From Eledone cirrhosa (taxonomy: Eukaryota), in the NCBI GenBank assembly GCA_964016885.1, contig OZ024742.1:350672001-350736000 (forward strand): a stretch of DNA of 64,000 bases. Direction: 5' to 3'. This document shows positions 42,191-55,790 of this stretch, piece after piece. The notes under the pieces were generated by a model. That model had not been told where the DNA came from, searched no databases, and saw nothing but the letters and a program-made list of their open reading frames with translations. The translations under genes were made by a program, and so were the position numbers. Numbering within the stretch: position 1 is the first letter of the stretch; each line of letters starts with the position of its first letter.

Positions 42191-42543
42191 GAAAATAGAT
42201 GAAATCGAAAATGCAACTGGAGTCTTATTTTTAAAAGAAAATATATATATTTATTTGGTTCCTTTACCGGTTTCGCAGTTCTTCTGCTTTTCAAAAGATG
42301 AGTTGAGATGGAGGATCTGTGGTTTTTCTCACATCTGATGTGAGAAAAACCACAGACCCTCCATCTCAACTCACCTTTTGAAAAGCAGAAGAACTGCGAA
42401 ACCGGTAAAGGAACCAAATAAATATATATATTTAAAAAAAAAAATAAGACTCCAGTTGCATTTTCGATTTCATTTATTTTTCTTTATACTTTCACTCGTG
42501 TAGGACACCTCGGTTATTTTTAATTTTGTAAAAAAAACCTCAC

Positions 42544-42550
<7 letters not shown>
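42183..42550. mobile_element. Fold-back palindrome (H10, arms about 150 bp, centre 42336) with U3-A8 HHR at 42374-42411 (+) and 42261-42298 (-)
   Basis: cctt-TTGAAAA-gcag[aagaa]ctgc-GAAA-ccgg-TA-aagg; flanked by (TA)n on both sides. Confidence 0.8.
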
Positions 42551-42590
<40 letters not shown>

Positions 42591-42754
42591 CAGGCTTGAT
42601 TCTGCTTGAAACTGGTTAGACCATTATTCAACCAAGAACACTATACTTGAGGTAGTAGTATATGTTTATCTTGTAAAGAGTCGGATCCCAGGGTGAACCT
42701 TTGCCGTTTCAACAGCTAATTCCAGGCTGTAACTAGCGGTCGGGTCCCGAATAG

Positions 42755-42793
<39 letters not shown>

Positions 42794-42804
42794 GTGTGTG
42801 TGTG

Positions 42805-42862
<58 letters not shown>

Positions 42863-42897
42863 CGTGGTGGTGAGTAAGTGTGTGTGTTTGTTTTTGT

Positions 42898-42963
<66 letters not shown>

Positions 42964-44121
42964 ACAAACACACACATATATATATAAATATATATTATAG
43001 TTGTGCAGGGCTGTTGAACATATCTTCTTCAAATGGAGAAATATCTTTAGTTATATAATGACACTAGGACTAATGGGACTTTAGAGTGCATTTGATATTT
43101 CACGTTCATGCATGTAAGTATATATATATATATCTGTAGACATATACTGCTAGCTATTTAAACTAAACTAATAGTTTCCAAGATCTTTGAAAACACATTA
43201 TAAACAAGAAACTAGAGCCAGTTGAATTCTAGGTATAAATCACCTGGTGAAACAACTGTAATAAAAGATTCAAAACCAAGATAATTTCTACTTCAAATTG
43301 GAAGATATTTTCCTCAGTAGTAACGCATATATTTTAGTAGTCCTAACCATATTGGAATGGAAGTAATTCTGCTAGATACAAAACGTCACAAATCTATTGA
43401 TTACACAATTTTGAGTTATATTCTCGAAATGGTTTTTTAGAAACACCGCTTCCAAGTAAGATCGTCTGCAATTGCGATGGCATAAATCTCTATGATTATA
43501 GTAATTGAAACAAAATAAAATTTTCTTTCACTTAAACATGGGCTCGAACACATTTCCTTTGCGATAGACTCTATATCGTAGTCGTTATCTGATTCAGTTG
43601 TATCGATTTCTCTCGTTGATATAATACCGTTGATTATAGGGACGTGTTTCATTTGATATTCACAATTAGAGATGGTTAAAGATGAAATATAGAACAAATT
43701 TATTTTTCGCTTTTATTCGAATGTCATCACTCCTGTTTTATCACAGTTTTTTATTTACTAGGAATTGCTTAAATATATCCAGATTTCTTATTGATATTTA
43801 TTGTTTTGATGCCTAAGAGACAAACAAGGGCGACACCATTCATATTTAAATTTTCATGCCATTGTCTTACTAAAATGATACATATAAGCCACTATTCACA
43901 TAAATAATGCTCACACACACATACGCACACACGTATATATATATAAAGATAGAGAAAGAGAGGGAGGGTGCACGAGAGAGAGAACGAGATATTAAAATCC
44001 CGATCTTCATTTTACATATCTCTCTACCCATTCTTTATGAGTAATCCTATGATTAGTGGTCACACTGGTCTCAGCCACACACACACAAACACACACATAT
44101 ATATTATTATTATTTATTAAA

Positions 44122-44265
44122 TGCATAGAGTTACTGCCCTTGCCATTCTGAGTTCAATCCCGCCGAGGTTAACTTTGCCTTTCATCCTTACGGGGTCGAT
44201 AAAATAACGTACCAGTAATACACTGGATAATTGCTGGCCTTGTGCCGAAAGTAAAAACAATTATT
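44122..44265 (+). mobile_element. SINE family A
   Basis: Family A core and tail. Confidence 0.88.
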
Positions 44266-44404
44266 AGTCAATATGTGTATGCGCTCGATTACCTTTTATG
44301 GCTGCTTGTCATAGGAAGCAGGTTATTACGAGCATATGTTCATTACCAGAAACTGAAATGCAGAATTTTGTGAATTTTATACAAATCTACAGCAGCCTGT
44401 CTGA

Positions 44405-44495
44405 GGAAGGAGCATGCGAGGTCGAGTGGCTGTTGCAGTGGGTGTCGCTGGCCATTGACCGAGGAAATGCCGTTTCAACTTTTTCCGAATCACCG
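44405..44495 (+). mobile_element. CRE-like LINE 3' fragment
   Basis: EVEWLLQWVSLAIDRGNA is homologous to ELEWLFQRVSLAILRGNA at 52 kb. Confidence 0.65.
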
Positions 44496-44837
44496 CTCCA
44501 ACCTAGGTGTAGTGTATGTCACCCATCCGCTTCCCCCATCTTTCTCCCGTTACCTAATTCCGTTACCTTGCTCTTTCCCCCAATTTCCTCTTATTTATGA
44601 CATTTATAGTACTTTCCTTGACGTCCCTATACAGCCAGATCTTCTTTTTCATTACTTGATTATAGCGTTTTTGCTATATTTCCATCAAACCTCACTGTAT
44701 CACAAACCGTTTGGATGTGGAGGATGTAAGTTAGTTATATTTACTTGAGGACACATCACTGGGTACTGCTATCACATTTTGTTGTTATATAACCTAGCAT
44801 AGTGCACCTATAATCACAACTGACCATGAATGTTTAT

Positions 44838-45030
44838 AGGGCGGGGATTGGCAGTATCGGTAGAGTGTCTGACGCCATGCTTTGCAGCATAAAATTACGG
44901 CCATTTATGGTCTGAGTTCAAATCCCGTCGACGCTAACTTTGCCGTTCATCCTTAAGGTGCCGATAAAATAAAGCAACAGTAATATACTGGGATAATTGC
45001 TGGCCTTGTGCCAAACGTAGAAACAATTAT
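44838..45030 (+). mobile_element. SINE family A, near full length
   Basis: Head, B-box, core and tail are present. Confidence 0.9.
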
Positions 45031-45379
45031 TAAATGTTTATTATTAGTACCGATTAAAATTTAATAAAATAATTCCTGCTTTCACCCTATTACTGGACCT
45101 TCAGACGATCCCGTAACAGGTGAAATAAGAATTTATTTTCTGAAATTGTAATGTCTAGAAATAATAAATATTATATGTCGAAACGGCCGGAGGTCAGCCG
45201 TCGGGGTCCTGAATTCTTTCATATATATACATATCTGTGTGTGTGTGTGAATAAATATATATATATATATATATATTGTGCACGTGTGTATATATATATA
45301 TTTATTAAAATAACACCCCTCTTTGGATTTTAGTCTTCACATTTATTATTATTACTATATATATATATATATATATATA

Positions 45380-46072
45380 TTTTATTTATTATTTATTATA
45401 TTTTTGTCTTTATTTGTTAATTTTTCATTCGCACCGTTTCCTTTCGCTATATGTCTCTCCACCACTCCCCTACACACCTTTTGAACTCTCACCTGAAGAA
45501 GGGCTTATGCCCGAAACGTCGTCCTCCACCTACCCCCCACTCTCCTGAGCGTGAATTTAATAAACATTTATCGTACTGCCTCTCTGTTCTGTCCCTGTTC
45601 AATTTTTCATTATACATAACACACGCTCACACGGCCTCCACCCTTGGAACTTAACTTAACAACCGGCTCAACCCCGATCTAATCCGCCGTGACCTTTCTC
45701 CGAACTTTACACACCTTCCCACACTTTGTCTTTCCTTCCACGCATTACCTCTGTTTGATTTTGTTACCGTACCCCTTTTTTTTCCGTATATGATTCTTTG
45801 CCTGTGTTCATTCCTTGTATTTTGATCATGCTTTATTTTTATTTATTATTTATTATATTTTTGTCTTTATTTGTTAATTTTTCATTCGCACCGTTTCCTT
45901 TCGCTATATGTCTCTCCACCACTCCCCTACACACCTTTTGAACTCTCACCTGAAGAAGGGCTTATGCCCGAAACGTTGTCCTCCACCTACCCCCCACTCT
46001 CCTGAGCGTGAATTTAATAAACATTTATCGTACTGCCTCTCTGTTCTGTCCCTGTTCAATTTTTCATTATAT
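45380..46072 (+). mobile_element. Tandem pseudo-LTR-like unit (H11): about 235-bp direct repeats 457 bp apart, each with an HHR motif
   Basis: 45380-45614 is nearly identical to 45837-46072. ac-CTGAAGA-a-gggc[ttat]gccc-GAAA-cg-TC/TT-gt at 45493 and 45950. TA runs at both ends. Confidence 0.8.
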
Positions 46073-46179
46073 ATATAGTATACAGATAATACATTATCTC
46101 TCATTGTCCTATGCACACACCTCTCTCGGTAAGCTTGTATAATGTGACAATCAACATTTATCCAATGAATAGAAAATAT

Positions 46180-46800
46180 ATAACCGCCTGCAACATGAAG
46201 CAAATTATAGCGTCATGGTGAACATTTTATATATGATTTCCGAAGCTAGGAAAGATGTTTAAAGTATTTCCTTTAACCCACCATCACCAGTCAACTGTTT
46301 TTCTCAAGGGAAAATGTTGCCTACATCTATTAAGACATCACCATAGTTTTCGATTACATTCATAAAGAAATTATATGCCATTAACTAAGGGGCTTTAGAA
46401 TATCGGGAAGGCTACATCGTAACATTCTCAATAAGAATGGTACTTTTCAAATATATATTTGGTTTATTAAAATACAAAGGTGAAAGTAACAGAGAAATAA
46501 GAGAGTGTGTTATCATAGCTGTCAATGCTGGAAAATTCATGAGATGTGATCTTTGCATGACAGAAAAATATCAAATGCCTATGCTACATTATAATCTACA
46601 TAAGTAAAGAAAAAACATAATAATGATTTGCAGACATAAAAACAAACATTTACCGAAGATTTAAAAGTATTATAGCTAGACTGACAGCCCTTTATTTACG
46701 AACAAATCAGAAAGAAAAACGCAAATATTGCGTGACAAAAAGCTCTGATAAATCGTCTTCGACAACATTCGACGGCACCCGGGTGAGTAACTTCGATAAA
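46180..46800 (+). pseudogene. Decayed PLE endonuclease-region C-terminus
   Basis: Broken translation KYIxxLLK...RCDLCMTEKYQM...ICRHKNKHL matches the CxLCxxEK...CRHxxK tail of C-terminal GIY-YIG PLEs. Confidence 0.6.
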
Positions 46801-46852
46801 TAATTATGTATGAGTTCTCACTTGCGCACACACATACACACACATATATACA

Positions 46853-46941
<89 letters not shown>

Positions 46942-47749
46942 GCGTGTGTGGCTGTGAGAGAGAGAGAGTGTAAGTACATAATTATATATGTATATATATA
47001 CACTTATATATATATATGTATTTATGATTATAGGACATATGGTTTCAGGTGTAGCGCTGTGGCAAATAAGTTCAATTTGCAATTATGAGAACCAAAGCAA
47101 GTGCATTTATTTAGCACCTGGTCGATCACGGCACTAGATAGACGCACAGACAGTGTAGTCATAGCTGATACAACATCTTTGCTATTCCAAAGTTCCAACC
47201 TCGTCGCAATGACACACCAGTGTTATATGAGAACTACAGTAAGGGTACAAAGGAAATAATGTGTACAATAATTACTTCAATTGATTAAACGGGTGGATAC
47301 TGATATCACTTTCTCGACCGGAAGCAAGATCACACATACACCCACACATCCATAGACATATCCCCCCCCACACACACACATATTCATATTTGTAGCAAAG
47401 AGCTTAAGTGAGAGACATTAATTCAGAAAATAACTGTAAAAACAGTCGATCACTGTAAATAAGCAAGTTAGGAAATTTAGATTTAGAGACAGAGACGGAG
47501 GAATGTGGTGTGCCTCTGTCGAATTTACCCAATATTTTCAGCAATAATTTATAAGGATCGACTGGTGTTACATTTATTATCAATGGCTCTAACTCTCACG
47601 TTAAACCACTTAAATACTCTGAGGCATCAAACTCCATATCTACCAGATACCGGCTAGGCGATTTAAACTTACCGTCTTAAATTAGAGAGCTGAATCACAG
47701 CTTTCTGATGTTAACAGACATTATATATAAACAAAAGTAGTTGATAAAA

Positions 47750-47890
47750 TGACAAGTCAGTCAATCGTATTAGTGGCCTCCCCACCGCCACGGTGGACAG
47801 AATGGAGAAGGCGTTTCCGCGGAGGACGGCAAAGGAGACGCAATGGAAAAGCCATTCCAGCTGGCCAGCTCAGCGCCTATGGAGGTGATT
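47750..47890 (-). mobile_element. CRE-like LINE 3' fragment
   Basis: Colinear with 62965-63120, including the TGACAAGTCAGTCAATC end. Confidence 0.75.
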
Positions 47891-47999
47891 AGGAACATCG
47901 TGTATATGTAGCCAATCCCTCGGACTCTTACTAAGTGCCGAGTCAATAACGTTAATATAAATAATTATGTGCTCATGGGTGGGGATGCCATTAAATAGC

Positions 48000-48042
<43 letters not shown>

Positions 48043-48061
48043 CATATATGTGTGTGTGTGA

Positions 48062-48311
48062 ATGCGCATGGCTTAGTGGTTAGAGCATTGGGCTTGCAAT
48101 CGAAATGTTGTGAGTTCAATTCTCGGACCGGATGATATGTTGTTTCCTTGAGCAAGACACTTTATTTCACGTTGCTCCAGTTTACTCAGCTGTAGAAATG
48201 AGTACCGGCCTGCCCGCACAGCCAGTGGGATGGCGTTATCTTATGGTTAAAACAGCACAACGTGCTGTGACCAGCGGCGCCGAATGGCCGTCCGACAGAC
48301 TGTCGGTCAAG

Positions 48312-48315
<4 letters not shown>
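48062..48315 (+). mobile_element. SINE family B, near full length
   Basis: TGGCTTAGTGGTTAG A-box, GAGTTCAATTC B-box, CCTTGAGCAAGACACTTTATTTCAC core; ends in (TA)n. Confidence 0.88.
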
Positions 48316-48358
<43 letters not shown>

Positions 48359-48432
48359 AAAAGGGATATTTAATTTGTTGGTAATTCAACAAATATAAAT
48401 GTTTATAACTGATGCAAAGCACTCGACTGGTA

Positions 48433-48525
<93 letters not shown>

Positions 48526-49286
48526 GTATGAATATATATATGTATATATATAGTGAAATTATTAACGGAGCTTGTGATTATTTCTAGGTCACATAACAAC
48601 TGTCTATGTTCTCTTTAACATCGTTACTAAGACATATTAGTAGTAATATGTGTAGTAGAAAATCGAAATGACCTGCTTCCTACATTATATATTTGTCACT
48701 CTGCACTATTTGTCATTAGTGACTGTTGAAATCTTTACAGAAATCTGTGGTTGCTTAAATTGTGTATAGTTTTAGCTAAAACTTGTGCCCGTATCTGTAT
48801 TGGAAACGAAATTATGTCCTATAGTAAGATTCTCAGTTGGTTGGCATGATCTATGTTAGATTTTATCATTCTACTACACGCATGTTGCCCACTACGTCTC
48901 ACCTATAATATCTGTTAACAGATTGAATAACCGACCAGTTGATGCCTTTCTACACCAGTAACCAGATATATTTGAATAAAGATTTCTTGTTCCGCTTGCT
49001 TTGGTTGCGGAAGCTGATGGAGTGATAGAAGTAGCCGATTTTAAAGGAATGTTTTGCAAATGCAATATACATGAACTGTTTACAATAGATTGCTTTTTGC
49101 ATTTGTTTGCTATTACTACTACATTTAGTGGGTACCACCTTATTTACTTCATACGCTAGCTTTCTCTTATGTATACATAATGCTGCATTGTACACACAAA
49201 CCACACTCTCTCACACACGCAATTATTAGATAGCTACACCCAAACACGCACACACACACACACATACACATATATATATATATATA

Positions 49287-49721
<435 letters not shown>

Positions 49722-49893
49722 TATTATATACACACATATATATATAAGTGGTACGCTTTACACATACAAGAAGTATGAGAAAAACCTAGTTTATAAAGAA
49801 ATAGAGTGGCGAGATATGAAAATTCATATTTTTGGTGAACGGTAGATTCGCTAACTCTTTCGTTCCGTCGACTAATCTTCAGAAGTGTATGAT

Positions 49894-49985
<92 letters not shown>

Positions 49986-50077
49986 AGTAAATATTTGCTC
50001 TAGGGTTCTTATATATTTGATATATATTTATCCTTATCGAGCCCTCTTTGGATTTTAGTCTTCACATTTATTATTAT

Positions 50078-50203
<126 letters not shown>

Positions 50204-50353
50204 TGCGGTTATGGCATATGCACATATAGGCATTTTTGGTTATATACAAGTATATACATAAATATGTATATATATACTGGAGAGGACGTAAGTTTGTGGT
50301 TATAGCATACGTATTTATATATATAACTATTCTAAATATATATATATAACACA

Positions 50354-50423
<70 letters not shown>

Positions 50424-51404
50424 GGTGGGTGGGGGGTGGGGGGGGCGTGGGTGTGTGTGTGGGTGTGTGTGTGTGTGTGTGAATGGATACATGTGTGTGT
50501 TATATTTTCTTTGCATGTGGTGATTACCTGATGTAGAAAGTCCACAATTGTGAGTATTATGTACTAGAATATATAGACACATCCCCAACCACATACACAC
50601 ACACATATATATTATCCTGTATTTACACACTTCCTTCCATTCTGACACACACTGTTGTGATATATCAGTGAAATATATGATTTATTCATATTTACACTCT
50701 GTTTAAACTTGCAAGATCTAACATTCCCCTTTTAACAGACACACTATATTTCTTTAATAAACTCTATTCACGCTCTCTATTTCACGTGAGCCATGAAATC
50801 TGATTTCGATGACGAAAACATAAATTTATACTGTAACAATTAAATTATAGTGATCGTTCAAACTTTCGACTTCCATTCATGCGCACAACATCGGCAGGAT
50901 ATATCCTAGATTCTTTGAAGTATATTACGTTTACTTTTTACAACTTGCTCAACATTTAATCTACCTATCATCACTATCAATCAGTTTAACTAAGTGTAGG
51001 ACCCTGAAATATCGTTTCTTACAAAGACATCTCTATACAGGGTGTCTCAAAAGTAAATATCTACTGTAGTTTTCACTATTTAAAATAGTAATTTTTTAGG
51101 ATGCGTCCGTGTGTATGTGTGTGTATTTGTAAGTATGTGTGAATATGAACCTTGCCGTTTATCTGTGTCATTGTATCATTGTGTATATAGCGAAAATAGT
51201 TTTTCAAAGAATCCCTGTTTTTTTAATTTTCTTGACCTCCGCTCATCCCCAAAGTCACGACCATTCGCAACAGAAAACATACATACAACAGAGTTACAAG
51301 AACAGTCGGCTTTCCTGATGATTTCATTTGCATGAAATAGTTCTTGCTCTGCAGAAGCCATTTCTATATTAAACTTTAAATATATATATATATATAATTG
51401 GATA

Positions 51405-52095
51405 TATGAGAGGGATGAACACAGATAGGCTCCATGCCCTGCCCTCTTTCTCCACTGGCACGCACCTGGACAACCATAGCCTGCGAATCGGCGTTTCCCT
51501 GAGGCTTGGCCTCCGGATCTGCCAGCCGACACCAATGTCGCTGCGGTTCCACCGTGGACCCCTTCGGCCTCCATCCGCTTTCCTGTCGCCACAATGTCGG
51601 CCGCATTCCACGCCATACTGCTCTCAATGAGGTCATTAAGCATGGCTTGGACGCTGCAGGCTTCCCTTCCAAGCTCGAGCCGGTGGGGCTGGATCGAGGG
51701 GACGACAAAAGGTCAGATGGCATGACCATCTTCCCGTTCCGCGGTGGCAAACTCCTCGTCTGGGATGCCACTTGTACCGACACTTTCTGCAGCCGCAACC
51801 TGGTGCAATCTGCGAGTGACCCAGGTTCTGCTGCACGTCGGGCCGAGGAGGCCAAACTCCTCAAATACCGTTCGCTCTCCGACCGGTTTGCGTTCGTACA
51901 ACTGGCAGTGGTGACTTCTGATGTCCTCGCCCCCAGGGCTACCGCCTTACTCACTACCACAGGCGCTGAGCTGGCCAGCCGCTGGTGTGAGCACCGCGAG
52001 TTGGAGTGGCTTTTCCAGCGCGTCTCCCTTGCCATCCTCCGAGGAAACGCCTTTTCCATTCAGTGCCGGGACTGCGGGTGGGCTCCGTCGCGTAT
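51405..52095 (+). mobile_element. 5'-truncated non-LTR retrotransposon of RLE type (CRE-like): zinc knuckle plus restriction-like endonuclease
   Basis: GC-rich island. LHALPS...LRIGVSLRLGLRICQP / HQCRCG...HPLSC...RH...KRSDG...WDATCTDT...AEEAKLLKY...LFQRVSLAILRGNA, with one frameshift near 51530. Confidence 0.85.
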
Positions 52096-52379
52096 CATTC
52101 TTATAAATATCACAACAGTTCATGATTTAAAAAAAAAATATATCTATACATGTGTTCCAATTGCAAATGACCAAGTTAGCTAGGTTGAAAAATACTGATT
52201 TAAAACAATTTGTTTTAAATTAGTATATTTCAATCGAGCTAACTTGGACATTGTGTTCATCCTTCTCATATATCCAATCGGCTCGGAAATATTCCATTCT
52301 TTGAGCTATAATTGTAAAAGACTATTTTGAGTTCCTAACTCAATAAATGATATATATATATGTATATACATATATCATT

Positions 52380-52489
52380 TATTACCGATATATAAGACAC
52401 AGAAGCGAAAAGCGAAAACCAACCAAACAGTGAGTGTGTTCTGTTATTAATTCTCGCAATATTACACAAATATGACCCTCCCCAAGTAT

Positions 52490-52548
<59 letters not shown>

Positions 52549-53095
52549 ATATACTGTATATATATATATATTTCGTTTCTGAATTTGTTTACCAAGATTC
52601 TTTATCTGAAAAAGTGTGATGAAACCGATATTGTTATACTTTGGGAGGGTCATGTTGCCAATAAGAAACACACGCACCATGCTTTCACTTCAATTTATTA
52701 TAATAAATTTATAAATTTAGGAATTTATACATTTCCGGTTGGTTGGTTGGTTCCACAACCAGGTGATTGTTCATATATTGTCAAAGTTCTTTCGTCACAC
52801 ATTCTGTGATCTCTTCAGTGACTGGGGATTCTTTTATTTGTTTTTGTGCCTCTCCTTTGTTCCGTCCTACGCCATCTTGTTTATGTGTGTGTGTTGTGTG
52901 CTTAGTTTGCGCATGTGTTACATTCGAGTGCCCGTGTGTGTTTATATTCGTTTATTTATTTGTTTATTTGCATGTTACTGGTTGGTTGTTTCTTCTATGT
53001 GCGTGTGTGTTTTCATTTTGTCCTTAATCTTGTCCCTTCATTTTTTCCTTACAATTAAGGACAAAATGACCCTCCCAAGTATAACAATATATATA
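52380..53095. mobile_element. Cluster of H2-related ends in alternating orientation; intact HHR core at 52780-52822 (-)
   Basis: Terminus ATGACCCTCCCAA(A)GTATAACAATAT at about 52470 (+), 52630 (-) and 53065 (+). Minus strand reads gtca-CTGAAGA-gatcaca[gaatg]tgtgac-GAAA-gaac-TT-tgac. Confidence 0.75.
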
Positions 53096-53099
53096 TATA

Positions 53100-53209
53100 C
53101 AGAAGGAGAGACACTGGTCTGTGGGAGATGCAGGATATGGCAGCGATAATGAGGGACAGAGACCGCTGGAGAGAACTCGTCCATGGATCTCGGAAATTTT
53201 ACCCGCCTT

Positions 53210-53210
<1 letters not shown>
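53100..53210 (+). mobile_element. Short RTE-like 3' end inside (TA)n
   Basis: Homologous to about 8643-8742. Confidence 0.8.
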
Positions 53211-53273
<63 letters not shown>

Positions 53274-53274
53274 T

Positions 53275-53858
53275 TATTTATTAAAATAACAGATTAAAGT
53301 TTAAGCAAAGAATCGTTGCTTTCACCCTTAACGGGATCTTTTGAAACTAACAAAGTCAATCTGTAAACGCAGAAGTGAATATTTCAAAAAACGTTGCAAC
53401 CGGAGGAAGACAGGAAGACGATACTTTGCTTCGTAGAAACGTTCCCTGGCAAAGAACGGGAAAAAACGAATATAATACGTCATTATTTGGAGCCGTGAAA
53501 AACAATTACACGCAAAGACAGAACCGCGTTTATGGTATAAAAAAAGTCGTAGACTAATATTCTCTAAGGTGGTTCATAGAGATGTTCTCTGGCAATGAAC
53601 GGAAAAAACGAAGATAATACGTCATAAGTGGAGCGTGGAGAACAATTGCACGCAAAGACAAAACCACGTAAATGGTATAATTGAAGTCGTAGACTTTGTT
53701 AGTTTCAGAAGATCCCATTAAGGGTGAAAGCAGTGATTCTTTGCTTAAACTTTAACCTGTTATTTTAATAAATATTTGCTCTACGGTTCTTATATATTTG
53801 ATATATATTTATCCTTATCGAGCTCTCTCTGGATTTTAGTCTTCAAATTTATTATTAT

Positions 53859-53928
<70 letters not shown>

Positions 53929-54170
53929 TGTATATATATATATGTTTATTAAAATAACAGATTAAATATTTAAGAATCGCTGTTTTCACCATTAACGGGA
54001 TCTTCTGATACTAAAAAAAAAAAATTAATATGTGAACGCAGAAGTAAATATTTCGAAAAACGTTGCAACCGAAGGAAAACAGGAAGTCGATACTTTGGTT
54101 TGTAAAGACGTTCCCTGGCACTGAACAGGAAAAAGCGAAGATAATACGTCGTTATGTGGAGTGATTATTA
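53275..54170. mobile_element. Family H7 cluster: 53278-53700 (-), 53697-53860 (+), 53945-54165 (-)
   Basis: Three homologous copies in alternating orientation, bounded by (TA)n. HHR-like fold at 53701-53751. Confidence 0.8.
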
Positions 54171-54409
54171 CTATATGTATATATGTATATATATGAAGAA
54201 AATAAAGATGTAATGTCTTGGCTGTACCCAGACGTTAATCAGGCCACAGGCTCTTCTGACTACATTCGTGTGAAACGTCTGAGTAAAATCGTCCCTGCAT
54301 ATGAGGCCAGTCCCTTGACAGGAGTTAATAGAATCCACTGTATAAAATAATGGTTAAATTGTTGGAAGCCTTAACTCACCATAAAACACACATTTCATCC
54401 TATTATTTT

Positions 54410-54830
54410 TAGTTCAAATCCCGCCGAGTTTGACTTTGCATTTCATCCTTACGGGGTCGATAAAATAAAGTACCAGTAATGTACTGGGTAATTACTGGCC
54501 TTGTGCCTAAAGTAGAAGCAATTATTTAATGAATGCATACATGGTTGTCGCTCTTTCTATTCATATGAAATTGTTACATCGTCTTCCTAACCGGAATGTT
54601 TATAGTTCTTTACTACATATATTGGTTTCTGATTTAGCCACAAGGCTAACAATTTGGGGTAGGGGAAAGTCGATTAAATCAACCCCAGTGCATTCCTGGC
54701 ACTTTATTTTATCAATCCCGTAAGGATAAAAGGCAAATATAACCTCGGCAGGATTTAAATTCCGATCGTAAAGGGGCGTAACGCGATGAAGGACGTTATC
54801 CGACCTTCTACTGGTACTGCCGATCTAGCG
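54410..54830. mobile_element. Inverted pair of family A SINEs (54410-54525 +, 54620-54830 -)
   Basis: Core is present in both orientations. Confidence 0.82.
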
Positions 54831-55549
54831 GCTTTCTCTACTACATATATTAAAAAAAGATATTTTCACATATCAACTTAGGGACGCATTTTCACGACAA
54901 CAACACAAACTGTTAAATTTGATTGACTCGGCAAGAATTCCTGGATGACACTTATTTTATTCGTCACATCACATCAGTATTTAAAATTAGGACATTGAGG
55001 AACGAAATATATCACTGAATTATTAATTCCGGTTCTCTAGCTCCTTTCTCATTAACTTCTCCCAGCTCTAGAAAATAAAAACAAAATAGTAATGCAGTAA
55101 GACAATAACATTATTTCCATTGCATGCTTTCCTGAGATTTGTAGAAATAGAGAACCGAGAGTGGATATTGTATAATATTTAAATTTGCTCAGTTGTTTCG
55201 TCGCTGCTTATTTATATTTCATCTCGACAGAATGAGTAATGAAGTTGCAATTAGCCAACTCAATAGGCTTGTAATTAGTCATCTCAATAGACTGTCAGAC
55301 AACTGATCAACAGATCAATAAATTATATTCTCACACTGATAGCCTTAGACAATTAACTTTCGTTATTTCAATCTTCTAAGCACTTTCTATTGTGTATATA
55401 TCCAACAAGGATATAAATCAATTGGATATTTTAAAGAAATGTGTTCATTAAGATACGCTGATATTTAAAAGTCTGCGACTAAAATTTAGTGGAAATCAAG
55501 ACATCTTAGTAATGTTTTTTGTTTAATTATTTTTATATACGCACCAGCA

Positions 55550-55790
55550 TAGGAGTGCATGGCCTAACGGTTAGGATGTTTGTCGTAGGATCGTAATATC
55601 GTCGGTTCCATTCCTGATCCGGTTACGTTGCTACATTAGGTGACAGTGGAAACCAGTAGTTGCTGGGGAGTTAATCCTATGATAGACTGTGCCCTATCCA
55701 AAGAGAGTTATGTACTTTCAGTTTCGTAACGCCAAAGAAATCGGTAATAAGCAGCGGTGTGATGAGCCCTCTCCTTAGCAAAGACTTTAA
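55550..55790 (+). mobile_element. Degenerate tRNA-derived SINE
   Basis: TGGCCTAACGGTTAG...GGTTCCATTCC head. Confidence 0.55.

Noticed and set aside
45094-45210. Long-range HHR pairing GGACCTT-CAGACGA with GTC-GGGGTCC
   Set aside because: The halves belong to two different repeat families (a decayed H7 hairpin at 45066-45139 and the 45177 fragment); the pairing is probably coincidental.
51037-51112. TACAGGGTGTCTCAAAA mariner-like TIR
   Set aside because: The matching right TIR is too degenerate to call an element.
51376-52059. 227-aa minus-strand ORF
   Set aside because: Antisense shadow of the GC-rich LINE endonuclease ORF.
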